DNA of 64,000 bases from an uncultured bacterium (GCA_903936565.1 CAIZVZ010000001.1:29401-93400); one strand, 5' to 3'; numbered from the stretch's first letter, positions 26,952-37,207 are shown. Made by a program: numbers and translations. Notes: generated by a model from the sequence alone, not told the origin.

Positions 26952-27992
26952 TTATTTCCTTCCCAATGCAAGCTTCAAAATATGGCCAAGAAACTCATGG
27001 GCCTTGACCCCTACTGAACTAAGGGATTTGAAGATTGTTGCTTCCTCTTGTAAACTTGGTTGAGTATTAACCTCTAACAAATATACCCCACGCCTTGGAT
27101 GAATCAAAAAATCAAAAGTACCATAATGTCGCAAGTTGAAATGCTCCTTAATACTCCTTACAGCATTCTCAATTATCCCCTTCTCTTCTTCAGTAATCAT
27201 TGCTGGTGCCTCAAATTCATAATCTCCAGAATTTTTGGAAGACCAATCGAAATGACCACCCTTAGTATTTGCAACCACACCTCCTACCCCACCCATTCCG
27301 CTAACTCCCTTATGCTTAACTTGAACAGGTATAGTGTTATACAAATCTTGACCTCGAAAATCCTCAATGAAGCCAGAGATTATTTCCTTTCCAGTCAAAT
27401 ATTCCTCAACTACTATTTCTTCACTGAAACCTCGAGTATGTTCAAGGGCCTCCAATAATTCGTTGAAGTTATGTGCAACGGAAATTCCAAGCGAAGATCC
27501 AGAACTTCTTGGCTTAACAATAATTGGCATTGGAAATGATTTAAATAGATCGTGAGCAATCGGTTCAACATCTTCATCTAGTTTTATTTTTATCTCCTTA
27601 TAGTATGGAGATTTAATTCCTAGGTTTTTGAAATGCTCTTTTGCCAACGCTTTATTGAGTGCCATTGCGGACCCAAGTGCCTTTGTTCCAGTATACGGTT
27701 TAGCAAATGAATCTAGTATCCCCTGCACTCTTCCATCCCCACCATACGCTCCGTGCATTGCGTTAAATAGAACATCCACCTTACTAACCGCATCCTCTGG
27801 CGTCACAGGCGCCCCAGCAATGTGCCAAATACTGTCCCTGTCGACAAATATATCAACTGGTTCATATTCCTCACACAAAGGCTCCTTTTTAAGCAAACTC
27901 AAAATATGCTTCCCTGTAGTTAAGGAAATATCATATTCCTGAGAAGGTCCCCCTCGTAATACTCCCACCTTTGTCTTTGCTCTATATAACAT
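26952..27992 (-). CDS. ddl: D-alanine--D-alanine ligase (ATP-grasp), paralogue 1
   Basis: VGVLRGGPSQEYDISL, ...HGAYGGDGRVQGILD..., C-terminal GTFDFLI...YLLEVNTQPSL typical of Ddl. Confidence 0.78.
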   Translation of the reverse strand: MLYRAKTKVGVLRGGPSQEYDISLTTGKHILSLLKKEPLCEEYEPVDIFVDRDSIWHIAGAPVTPEDAVSKVDVLFNAMHGAYGGDGRVQGILDSFAKPYTGTKALGSAMALNKALAKEHFKNLGIKSPYYKEIKIKLDEDVEPIAHDLFKSFPMPIIVKPRSSGSSLGISVAHNFNELLEALEHTRGFSEEIVVEEYLTGKEIISGFIEDFRGQDLYNTIPVQVKHKGVSGMGGVGGVVANTKGGHFDWSSKNSGDYEFEAPAMITEEEKGIIENAVRSIKEHFNLRHYGTFDFLIHPRRGVYLLEVNTQPSLQEEATIFKSLSSVGVKAHEFLGHILKLALGRK

Positions 27993-28067
27993 GTCTGAAT
28001 TATAGCACGATGAAATAAATAATTATCCACAAAATTCAAAATTATCAAAAATAAAACCTAGATGGAT

Positions 28068-28104
28068 TACAAACAAATATACAGCACAGAATTATGTGCT
28101 GTAT
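28068..28104 (-). terminator. rho-independent terminator of giant gene 28135..32523 (10-bp stem atacagcaca/tgtgctgtat)
   Basis: Perfect 10-bp stem, loop gaatta, T-rich tract on minus strand. Confidence 0.5.
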
Positions 28105-28134
28105 ATTGTTTTTAGATTAAGTTGTCTATATTAT

Positions 28135-31100
28135 TTATTTTTCAATCACCTTCGGTACCTTGGAGCATTTCCCCTCCGCTAAAGCACTTAGGTTAGCTGT
28201 TATCGGATTACCATCTTCTCCGACTCCACTTGTATACTTAAGATCACAGTACAATGTATGCTTACCAACTCCTAATCTAATTAGCGCGGATGGTGTTGGA
28301 GTAACATTTACGGTATTAATACCCTTATCTACGTAACAGGAGGCATCGTGGACATTGTTATATACCACTCCGTTACCATCTATCATTGTTGTACTTGCAT
28401 ATCCGTAGAAATTACACTTCTCATCAGTACTTGATGCCCAACTTGGATTTGAGTAGAATCTAAGGCCTTTAATTGGTTTATTAGATGTCCCTACATATGG
28501 ATCATTCGTACAAGGACTTTTATTGACAAAGTTCGGTGACAACAAAATATTACTAGGAGCAGAAGGTATCACGTCTGTACCACTCATCATATATGCATAA
28601 GCAACATAATTTGATAACGACTGTGGATTGAAACCATTGCCGAGGGTAAATTGAGTGATACTAGCTGGAGTCTCTCCCAATAAGGTACTTGATTGATACA
28701 CATTATATCCATCTGCATTAGTTACACTATTCCATGTTATTGTTGCTCGATTAGACCCATTAACATCTGTACAATATTCACCACTTATCAATGGTGCCGC
28801 TACAGTCGTAGTTACAGGGTTAGTTGCATTAATATTGAAGATAGTCCAACTAGATATTTTTCCACTATTTTGATCCTGAGCCGCAACCTTCATAGGTGTT
28901 GTTGTTGCAGTAGCCCAAATATGATCTGCTGGAACTCTTACTCCATAAGCATAATAATCACTAACATAATCCACGGCGCTATCACTATTCCAATCGAATA
29001 GATATCTGACCCTATCATCAACAGTTTGTGCAAAAACTTTTTTGATTGCAAACATAATCGAAGCAAACAATGACTCCTTCTTGTTTTTCCCCATCGATCC
29101 TCCAGATCCCCCAGATGCATTATCTGACCATGCTTCATAGGTATTATTTTCTCCAACAGTAACATCATGTGGCCCTGCTACATTTGGCGCAGAAGGTGTA
29201 AGTTCTCCTATTGGTTGAATAACGTTGAAACTAATAGGATAAACAGACTCTCTAAATCTTAACTGATAAGGCGAATAGTAATCAACCAACGTATTTGGAC
29301 CAAAGTTTAGATCTTCATGATAGGAATTTAGAAAATTCTGATAAGTTGAATAACATCTATTTCTAGTGTAATTAAAATAAGGATATGGTACAGGACAACC
29401 GATTACAGTACCACTTGAATTTACCATCTTGTTAACATTTATACATCCAACCTCACCAGGCACACAAAATCCAACTCCATTATCATTTGTAAGATTATTT
29501 GATACATTTGCATTATTAACTGTCACTTGACGCTTATCATGTAGCGGTACAGCATTTGTCTTACAGATTCCATCTGACCCCTTCCATCCATAATAATAGT
29601 ATCCAAATGTTGGTGCATAATACATGTAAGCGGTTTTTGAACCAGGTATGGTTGGGGTACATGCAAATCCATCTGCAATGTCACATTCCCAATTTTCAGA
29701 GTCATTGTCCGGAACTAAGGGTGCACCCCACTCTGGATATGTGCTTGGGTCGATAATATAAGGATTAAGGCCACCAACACTAAATGAGAGGCTTTTGTTT
29801 GGAGGATCAACTGAAAGTGGAACAAAAATATCTATATTTTGAGTAATGCCAGTTACTGGATTTAGGTATGGCTTTGTGCCCACCTTGTTTCCTGGAGTAC
29901 AAATTTGGTTTGATGCTGGATATTCAGCATCAGCGATCCAACTACCATAAGGGGTGTCTTGTGTATACCCAATTCCTGACCAAACAATATTATTATTTGT
30001 TGTAGAATTTGTCTTGTCAAAATTAAAGTGTACTTTTGTGTCAATTATTAAGTTGCTTCCATTAGGAATTGCGATACCCAAATCATCTCTAACTGAAGAG
30101 TCATAACTTATAGACGATGTAGTAGGCTGAAGCGCAGGGGCCCAGTCACCGTCGGTCAAACTACCTGTGTCACTTGCCCAATAATATAAATATGGAGCAT
30201 CATTAACAATGGTTGAATACCAATAATTCCAAACATAGTCCCACACCCACCAGAATCCGGGAGGAATTGGCAAACCCGGCGGTTTAGGAACCTTATAATA
30301 CTCGTAAGACTTTACCAGCGTACTTGTATTGTGATTCCAACAAACACTTTTAACAGTAATATCTTTCCAACCTTTAGTGTTTGCAGGTGAATTGAATCTT
30401 ATATAAGTATTTGTGTGCTCAGTAATACGCGCCAACGCTCCTCCAATATGAAGACTTTTTACATTTTTAAAATTGTCACCATGAATCATTGAATCTACAC
30501 CTCCAGTAGTCGGACTATGAGGTGGCTGAGGAGGTCGAGAAAGTGTTTTTACTTTTGGATCGAGACATATGAATTTAAAAGTCCCCTTCTCTACGCATCG
30601 AGCAAGAATTGGTATAGGGTGATCTCTGAAAATTATTGGTTGAGGAGCCTCCCCTGATATTCTATCAAAGGTAAACATAATCAAGCTATCTGATTGGCTT
30701 ATAATAGTTCCAGGGTAAACGCCAACTCTAATCGCCCTTACTTGTGTCAATTTCGTACCTCCAGCAAAAGCGGTAACTTTTCTCGGATCACAGTTCATTT
30801 GATCTGGGCAATTCTCAGCTTCCATCGGTGTCATACTTTGAACATCAAAACACGAGTCTGAAGAACCACTATTTGAACCATTCGGGTCCGGGTATGTACC
30901 ACTGTTAGAATCTCCAGTACCAGAATCGGAGCCAGCATTCGGGTCATATCCCGTACCAGAATCGGAGCCGGTACCAGAATCGGAGCCAGCATTCGGGTCA
31001 TATCCCGTACCAGAATCGTAGCCGGTACCAGAATCGTACGACTCCTGAGCATGCGCGTTCAAATGGATCGAAAACGCACTGATTAGCATTCCAAAAATAA

Positions 31101-32523
31101 TCAAAATTCTAATTTTATTTTTCATCAGCTTTAGAAGAAAACTTTTAATTAAACGGTGCTTGAATGCAATAAAAATTATTATAAACAAGAGTATTAATAT
31201 ACCCAATATCTTTACTGTCATCATAAACCATTTATTTGAAACCAAATCTCCAAACATTGATGACTTACACTTATTTGGATCTACTGAATTACAATCGTAA
31301 GGTATATAAACTTCATCAACTAATTTTTGACCACTAAATAATGTTGCGTGTAATTTGAAATTCTTATAAGTTTTACTTGGTGTAAAATCTTGAGCAATAG
31401 CCCCCATATCTCCTTTTATCGAGCCATTATATTCATATGCCACGATTGTGTTGTTGTCCTCATCTAAAAGCTCCATCTTCAATTTATTGTCTTCGATTGG
31501 GGTATTACTATTTGATGCATTATGAAAACATGAGAATATTGTGTTATTTTGACCTGATATCAGTGGATAAGATGTAATTGAAGGAAAATTAATTCTGGGC
31601 ATATTTACTCCATCCCTTGCAAACCTAGCGGTCATTACAGACTTCGTATCTTTATAATTAAGCACTGCTTCAACATAGTAAACAGAGAAATTATTATCAC
31701 TAACAACTACTGGCAACTCAACAGTTTTGCCAGCCTCCATTATTGCAACATGAGTAACTGAACTGATTTTATTTTCAGGTGCTTGTGTGTCCCATTTATA
31801 AATATTAAACTCAACTTTTACAGCCTTTCTTTCTTTTGTACTATTGGAAATCGCAAAAGTTGTTGTCACAGGCTCCGTTGCACTGACAATTGGAGAAAAG
31901 GCGGCAGCTGTATATGGCTTATTATTAACCTTAACCCCATCTCTTTTAAACATAACCCCCGTAGCCTGCTGACCCGTGACAATAAAGCTAGACGAACCCC
32001 CGATGACATCATCAGTAAAACTTAGTCCTGCTAAATTAAATTTATTGCTAGTTACAAAATATGTAGCTATTCTATAGGTTCCACCAATTGCGTATGCTGG
32101 CAAATTCCATTTAAATGAAATAGGCAACTTTTCTCCAGCCATCAAGTTAATCTTATCTTGCACGACAAAGGTATCTAATACATCTGGCCCATTTCCATCA
32201 TTAATAGTTCTTGCTCTAAAAATCTTAGCATATAGCTTACCATCAACTATTGGATAATTATTTTCATTCAACAAATATCCAGAAAAATCCATAGTCGTTC
32301 CAGAGACATATTGTCCCATTCGTGGAATAGTACTTATTTTTACACTGTTAAATTTATAGTAGTCCGCGCATTCAGCATTAGTTGTGGTGGCAAAATATCT
32401 CTCACCCAAGTCTAGAGCAGAATCAGCCGATAGAACTTTACCACTGCCCAATATTGAAAAAGTGATTACAATTACGGACAAAATGATTGAAGAAAACAAC
32501 AATCTTTTAAAAGAAATTTTCAT
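28135..32523 (-). CDS. giant (1462 aa) surface protein: signal peptide, ~430-aa N-terminal ectodomain, internal TM hairpin whose second helix looks like a signal peptide (MKNKIRILIIFGMLISAFSIHLNAHA), Ser/Gly/Asp-rich linker, very large C-terminal ectodomain with FN3-like module
   Basis: Continuous ORF, hydrophobicity pattern, ITWNSVTNADGYNVYQSS FN3-like motif, C-terminal SCY...VGKHTLYC motif shared with 34025..37207. Confidence 0.7.
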   Translation of the reverse strand: MKISFKRLLFSSIILSVIVITFSILGSGKVLSADSALDLGERYFATTTNAECADYYKFNSVKISTIPRMGQYVSGTTMDFSGYLLNENNYPIVDGKLYAKIFRARTINDGNGPDVLDTFVVQDKINLMAGEKLPISFKWNLPAYAIGGTYRIATYFVTSNKFNLAGLSFTDDVIGGSSSFIVTGQQATGVMFKRDGVKVNNKPYTAAAFSPIVSATEPVTTTFAISNSTKERKAVKVEFNIYKWDTQAPENKISSVTHVAIMEAGKTVELPVVVSDNNFSVYYVEAVLNYKDTKSVMTARFARDGVNMPRINFPSITSYPLISGQNNTIFSCFHNASNSNTPIEDNKLKMELLDEDNNTIVAYEYNGSIKGDMGAIAQDFTPSKTYKNFKLHATLFSGQKLVDEVYIPYDCNSVDPNKCKSSMFGDLVSNKWFMMTVKILGILILLFIIIFIAFKHRLIKSFLLKLMKNKIRILIIFGMLISAFSIHLNAHAQESYDSGTGYDSGTGYDPNAGSDSGTGSDSGTGYDPNAGSDSGTGDSNSGTYPDPNGSNSGSSDSCFDVQSMTPMEAENCPDQMNCDPRKVTAFAGGTKLTQVRAIRVGVYPGTIISQSDSLIMFTFDRISGEAPQPIIFRDHPIPILARCVEKGTFKFICLDPKVKTLSRPPQPPHSPTTGGVDSMIHGDNFKNVKSLHIGGALARITEHTNTYIRFNSPANTKGWKDITVKSVCWNHNTSTLVKSYEYYKVPKPPGLPIPPGFWWVWDYVWNYWYSTIVNDAPYLYYWASDTGSLTDGDWAPALQPTTSSISYDSSVRDDLGIAIPNGSNLIIDTKVHFNFDKTNSTTNNNIVWSGIGYTQDTPYGSWIADAEYPASNQICTPGNKVGTKPYLNPVTGITQNIDIFVPLSVDPPNKSLSFSVGGLNPYIIDPSTYPEWGAPLVPDNDSENWECDIADGFACTPTIPGSKTAYMYYAPTFGYYYYGWKGSDGICKTNAVPLHDKRQVTVNNANVSNNLTNDNGVGFCVPGEVGCINVNKMVNSSGTVIGCPVPYPYFNYTRNRCYSTYQNFLNSYHEDLNFGPNTLVDYYSPYQLRFRESVYPISFNVIQPIGELTPSAPNVAGPHDVTVGENNTYEAWSDNASGGSGGSMGKNKKESLFASIMFAIKKVFAQTVDDRVRYLFDWNSDSAVDYVSDYYAYGVRVPADHIWATATTTPMKVAAQDQNSGKISSWTIFNINATNPVTTTVAAPLISGEYCTDVNGSNRATITWNSVTNADGYNVYQSSTLLGETPASITQFTLGNGFNPQSLSNYVAYAYMMSGTDVIPSAPSNILLSPNFVNKSPCTNDPYVGTSNKPIKGLRFYSNPSWASSTDEKCNFYGYASTTMIDGNGVVYNNVHDASCYVDKGINTVNVTPTPSALIRLGVGKHTLYCDLKYTSGVGEDGNPITANLSALAEGKCSKVPKVIEK
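30917..31040. repeat. 55-bp coding tandem repeat (2.2 copies) encoding SGTGYDPNAGSDSGTG linker
   Basis: taccagaatcggagccagcattcgggtcatatcccg occurs at 30917 and again at 30972. Confidence 0.5.
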
Positions 32524-32616
32524 ACATTAATTATAATGCACTTTGCAATTAACGTCTACAATAAAAAGTGCATAAGTGTTGAGAACTTTTTTGAAATGAC
32601 CATTGAAATAAATTGC

Positions 32617-33978
32617 TTATAAAAAATTCTTTTTCCTCCTATTTTTGTGAAATGCAATGGCAAAACGATGAGATTCAGCATTGATTCTTATGATTTGCTC
32701 ACTTATTTGCTTTTTAAAATTCTCAAATTTCTTCCAGTCTTCCTTATTGGCAAATAGGATATCTTTAGATTTATGATGACTATCTTTTACGACGCTACAA
32801 AATAGAATATTTGAGTTTTTTGTTACTTTTAAATTATTGCCTCTGTCTACATTATTATTCCAGGTATCATACGCTCTTTTCAATTGAATTTTATTTCCAT
32901 CCAAGACAACAATATCTGGACGCTCCCATTCTTCATGCTTTATCCTTCTATTAACGACCTCTTCCAGCGCACCGGGATCGTTTGCCTTCTCAAAATTATT
33001 AATTATAAATTTCCTGTATTGCCCCTTATCTAATTCTCCATTTTCCATAACAACCATCACTCCAACCATATCCTTACCTGACAAATGAGCTATGTCATAG
33101 GCCTCAATTCTAAGTCTACTGATGTAATCCTGCCCACCAGCACCAAGACCCTCCTCCCTTGCCACATCTTTAATGAGTGAAACATCCTGAATATGATTCA
33201 AGGCAAAAATAGTCCTCTTAATTTCCCCCGCCTTCTCAAACTCTTTAGTTTTAGCATATCCGGCCATCTGTTTTTCAAGACTCTTAAGCAGTGCCGGTTT
33301 TTTGCCTTCAAAAAACATTTTGATATTCTTTATCTGAACTCCATAATCCTTCTTAGAAATCTCCCCCGTACATACTCCAGGACATAAACCAATCATCCTA
33401 TTGAAGCATGGGCGTGGATTTATGTTCGTAGTAACAGTATTTGCACCACCCACATTGGAACCTTTGGCATCAGCGGCAATATAGGGCACACACTTATCCC
33501 TGAATGGAAATATTTTTCTAATTAACTTTAGTGCCTCCTTTAATTCACCGCCATATGGATATGGTCCAAAGACTTCCTTGTATAATTCTGATTTATTCTG
33601 CTCAAGCAATCTTCCACGAACAACAAGAACTCGGGGAAAATCCTCATCGGTTATGACCACATAATTGTAACTCTTATTATCCTTGTCTTTAGTATTGTAT
33701 TTAGGTTGTTTTTCTTTAATCAGTTGTGCCTCCAAGATTAAGGCTTCGAGCACTGAATCAGTGGACTGAAATTCAACCCTATCAGCAATAGTCACCATAT
33801 CGACCAAAAGTCGCCCCCTTGTCTTAATTAGGTCACTTGAAAAATAACTACGAACACGCTGTTTTAGGCTGGTTGCTTTTCCAACATACAGAAGATCCTT
33901 CGCATGCTTAAAAAGATAGACACCGGGCGAATCTGGCAACTTTGTTGCAAAAGATGATTCAAAATCCTTCTTATTCAT
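32617..33978 (-). CDS. uvrC: excinuclease ABC subunit C lacking the C-terminal (HhH)2 domain
   Basis: GIY-YIG PGVYLFK...LLYVGKATSLKQRVRSYF; FGPYPYG; LIRKIFPFRDKC; Cys cluster CFNRMIGLCPGVC; RIEAYDIAHLSGKDMVGVMVV; PDIVVLDGNKIQL; ends at ESHRFAIAFHKNRRKK where the HhH domain normally begins. Confidence 0.85.
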   Translation of the reverse strand: MNKKDFESSFATKLPDSPGVYLFKHAKDLLYVGKATSLKQRVRSYFSSDLIKTRGRLLVDMVTIADRVEFQSTDSVLEALILEAQLIKEKQPKYNTKDKDNKSYNYVVITDEDFPRVLVVRGRLLEQNKSELYKEVFGPYPYGGELKEALKLIRKIFPFRDKCVPYIAADAKGSNVGGANTVTTNINPRPCFNRMIGLCPGVCTGEISKKDYGVQIKNIKMFFEGKKPALLKSLEKQMAGYAKTKEFEKAGEIKRTIFALNHIQDVSLIKDVAREEGLGAGGQDYISRLRIEAYDIAHLSGKDMVGVMVVMENGELDKGQYRKFIINNFEKANDPGALEEVVNRRIKHEEWERPDIVVLDGNKIQLKRAYDTWNNNVDRGNNLKVTKNSNILFCSVVKDSHHKSKDILFANKEDWKKFENFKKQISEQIIRINAESHRFAIAFHKNRRKKNFL

Positions 33979-34024
33979 AACACAATGAGTCTATCATTTA
34001 TTTTTGATTTTTGCAGGATTCTTA

Positions 34025-37000
34025 TTAATCTTCCGTAAATTCAGAACTTGAGAAACATTCTCTTTTTTTATCGTACTCAACATCTATTGAATCATCATAA
34101 ATCCCCTTACACCACAAACTGTGTCTGCCGACAGAAACTTCAAGGTTTCCTGCTATAGATATCTTATTATCAGAACTTGCAACCTGTTCTGTTAGAGATA
34201 TTTGTCCGGTTTTATTTTTTAAGTAGCACGACTTAACGTTTTCTGCTTCCAAATACAATTTACACTTACCACCAATATTCGTATTATTTGGATTAAATTT
34301 AAAGGTATTAATCAAAGGTCCGCCACAAACCTCCGTTGTATCAACCCAAGACCAATTTGAAGTTGTAGTATCACATTTATTTGGAGTTTGTACACGACCT
34401 GTTATACGATTACATTTCTGTCCGGGCTTAACACCACAGGATGTTTGAACGGAAACATGACAGTTTTCAGTAATCGTAGAGCTAGATGTTTTGATTGAGA
34501 CACTTAAATTGTAATTTCCTATCGTATCATACTTTCTAGTATAAGTTGGGTCAGTCGCTCCTAAAATTGGACTGTTATTTTCCATCCATTGATAACTTAA
34601 AACCCCGCTACTAGCTGCGCTTGATTTAATTACTTCCAAAATTACATTATCACCCTGAGTCACGGGGTTAGGTTTGGCTATACACGCAAAATCATTATCA
34701 CCAATTACAGTCGGATCACAAGATGGGTCTGATAATAGATCACAACCTAGTGGCTTAGCTGTTGTAAAGGAAGACTTTCCAACAGTCCAAACCTCTCCAT
34801 TATAGACACTAACACGAAGATTATAATATGTATTTGGACTTAATCCTGATACCGTCCTATTTTTAGATACAGTACTTCTAACTGCATCAGCGCTTCCAGT
34901 AGACGCTAGATTCTTTAACATGCTTATAGCAGAATAAATCCTAGCTATAAATGTAGATCTGTTGACAGATGCCACAACATCCTCCTCTATAACCATAGTT
35001 CCATCTAAATTAAATGGATTACTTGGAAATGTATCATATTTTGATACTTCAATTTTATATTTTTTCTGAGGCTTAGTATCCGTATAATCCCATTTTACTC
35101 TTGCTGAATATTCTGCTAACTCATCAGCACTAGCAACAAGTGCTGGGTCACCCTCTTTGCTAACATCAGAAGGTCCGACTGTAAACTCAAAGTAATTAAC
35201 CATAGGACTTGAAACAGGCTTTCCAGGTCCATAACAGCGATACATATTATTTTTAGAACGTATAATACCTGAGTAGAATATTGAAGTTGGATTCTCGTCC
35301 AAGACTAATGTAGGGCTACCCCTTTTCCCAAACCCGCTTTCACCTTCATAAGCAGTAGTACATTTAAAAAATGAACCGTAAGTAACATTTAACGGCGGTC
35401 CAGCTTGATTACCTTTGATACCTCCAAAACGTGTAACATTTGAATGATAGAAAGCATTTGAATTAGTTCTCAGTATGTATTTACCAGGTTCCATAGGGGC
35501 AAACACCTTAGTTGATGTCCTATTTGCAGATGTAGGTGTAAAGCTTGCAAATTTATAATAACTATTTTGCCTATGATCACCAGATCCCGCGGCGGAATTA
35601 AAAGCAGAGACGGAGCTGACAAGCGTTCCATCTTCTTTGTATATTCCATAATCTACATGTGTCCAAAGAGTGGAGTTGTGACAAACCTGAGCCATACCTT
35701 GTGAATAAATGTCATTTCCCATATTTTCACCTGGCAAAAATACACTCTTAGCAAGAGATGTACTCAAATTAAATTGACCGGGATTTGTACATTGACCACC
35801 AGAACAGATTGGCACCTTTGCAAAATCAGGAGTAATTCTAGCTGCATGAACTTCTGAAGTGGAGAAACCTAGCACGAGCATAAATATCGCAATCGGTATA
35901 AGAACAGATTTCTTTCTTCTAAGATAAATAGCGCCAATGGCAAATACCACAATCAGTCCCAATATTAAATATTGTATAAAACCCATTCCCATTTTTGGTG
36001 CTGTATCAGTCAAGACCGTATTATACTTGGCAAGCTCAGCATTACCCTTTGTAATCACAACCTCCACACTTACAGAATCAGCATCAAAAGATACTGGTAA
36101 TTCAAAATTTACAATACTAGATAATGTATTTAGATCAATATCTTTTTGACTTGATGCAATAACTTCATTCTTCTCATTAGTTAGAGTCATCTTAATTGTA
36201 CTAGTTCCAATATCCTCAGAAAGACCTGTTTCTATGTTTACTGGAGAGCCTGTGTATTCAACATTAACAACTGCCATCTCTCCTTGTTTAAACTTTGATT
36301 GATTAATATTGACATTAGGAATGGTGGCCATTGCACCTTCTACAATCCACCTACTTGATATAAATGGTGCTCTTTCTTTTCCATTTGAATCAAGGAAATA
36401 CAGTTGCCCATCATATACTCCAGCCTTAGAAAAATCCTTAAGATCAAGTATTAACTCCTTTTTTTCACCCGCTTTGATTGTAAACATATCATATTCCTTA
36501 TTACCAACCTCTGGCCTGGATGGCGCCATATCATATACTTTTAATTTAGGAATTAAGTCTAGGTTGGCTGAAGAATTATTTTGTAATTCAAAAATTATCT
36601 TTGGGGCTGTATTTTTAGCAACAGTAGGACCTTGTTGTAATGTATATTCGGTATCCATAACTTTAAGAAAAGCATAATTAACTACAGCAGAATCCAAGAA
36701 AGCTCCTAATTTTATATTTCTTCCTGTAGATCCTAATACTTCACCTGTTTTCAGAATTGCAATGAATTCTATTCTTGCTGTATCAATATTAGCGCTAGCA
36801 GAATCAGGCATTTTAAATTTTATCTTAATCTCCTTACTTGAATTTTTAGGCAGAAAGACTTCTGCTATATTTTTTTGATATCCATATTCCTGAGAAGGAC
36901 TACCATCTTTACTGGTCATTAAAAATGCAGAAATTGATATATCTGAATAATCCACAGATGTCTTGTTACTCATTGGTATAACAATGTTTACAATATCACC

Positions 37001-37207
37001 CTGATTATAGACTCGGTCCTTAAAGACGGGTTCTGACATTCTAATTCCAAAAAGATCTTTATCGTTTAATATTTTCCCCTTAACTTCCCTAATATCTATT
37101 CTCTCTGGTGATCCACCTGTAGGAATTGTTAAATTTTCTGCAAAGGCAGGGGTTGTTGAAATTAAAAAGGACAGCGACAAAACATAGAATAATATTTTTT
37201 TCATCAT
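34025..37207 (-). CDS. giant (1060 aa) surface protein with the same architecture as 28135..32523: signal peptide, ~400-aa N-terminal ectodomain, internal TM hairpin (…IYLRRKKSVLIPIAIFMLVLGFSTSEVHAA), large C-terminal ectodomain with FN3-like module
   Basis: Hydrophobicity pattern; C-terminal SCY...VGRHSLWC motif paralogous to the other giant protein. Confidence 0.7.
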   Translation of the reverse strand: MMKKILFYVLSLSFLISTTPAFAENLTIPTGGSPERIDIREVKGKILNDKDLFGIRMSEPVFKDRVYNQGDIVNIVIPMSNKTSVDYSDISISAFLMTSKDGSPSQEYGYQKNIAEVFLPKNSSKEIKIKFKMPDSASANIDTARIEFIAILKTGEVLGSTGRNIKLGAFLDSAVVNYAFLKVMDTEYTLQQGPTVAKNTAPKIIFELQNNSSANLDLIPKLKVYDMAPSRPEVGNKEYDMFTIKAGEKKELILDLKDFSKAGVYDGQLYFLDSNGKERAPFISSRWIVEGAMATIPNVNINQSKFKQGEMAVVNVEYTGSPVNIETGLSEDIGTSTIKMTLTNEKNEVIASSQKDIDLNTLSSIVNFELPVSFDADSVSVEVVITKGNAELAKYNTVLTDTAPKMGMGFIQYLILGLIVVFAIGAIYLRRKKSVLIPIAIFMLVLGFSTSEVHAARITPDFAKVPICSGGQCTNPGQFNLSTSLAKSVFLPGENMGNDIYSQGMAQVCHNSTLWTHVDYGIYKEDGTLVSSVSAFNSAAGSGDHRQNSYYKFASFTPTSANRTSTKVFAPMEPGKYILRTNSNAFYHSNVTRFGGIKGNQAGPPLNVTYGSFFKCTTAYEGESGFGKRGSPTLVLDENPTSIFYSGIIRSKNNMYRCYGPGKPVSSPMVNYFEFTVGPSDVSKEGDPALVASADELAEYSARVKWDYTDTKPQKKYKIEVSKYDTFPSNPFNLDGTMVIEEDVVASVNRSTFIARIYSAISMLKNLASTGSADAVRSTVSKNRTVSGLSPNTYYNLRVSVYNGEVWTVGKSSFTTAKPLGCDLLSDPSCDPTVIGDNDFACIAKPNPVTQGDNVILEVIKSSAASSGVLSYQWMENNSPILGATDPTYTRKYDTIGNYNLSVSIKTSSSTITENCHVSVQTSCGVKPGQKCNRITGRVQTPNKCDTTTSNWSWVDTTEVCGGPLINTFKFNPNNTNIGGKCKLYLEAENVKSCYLKNKTGQISLTEQVASSDNKISIAGNLEVSVGRHSLWCKGIYDDSIDVEYDKKRECFSSSEFTED

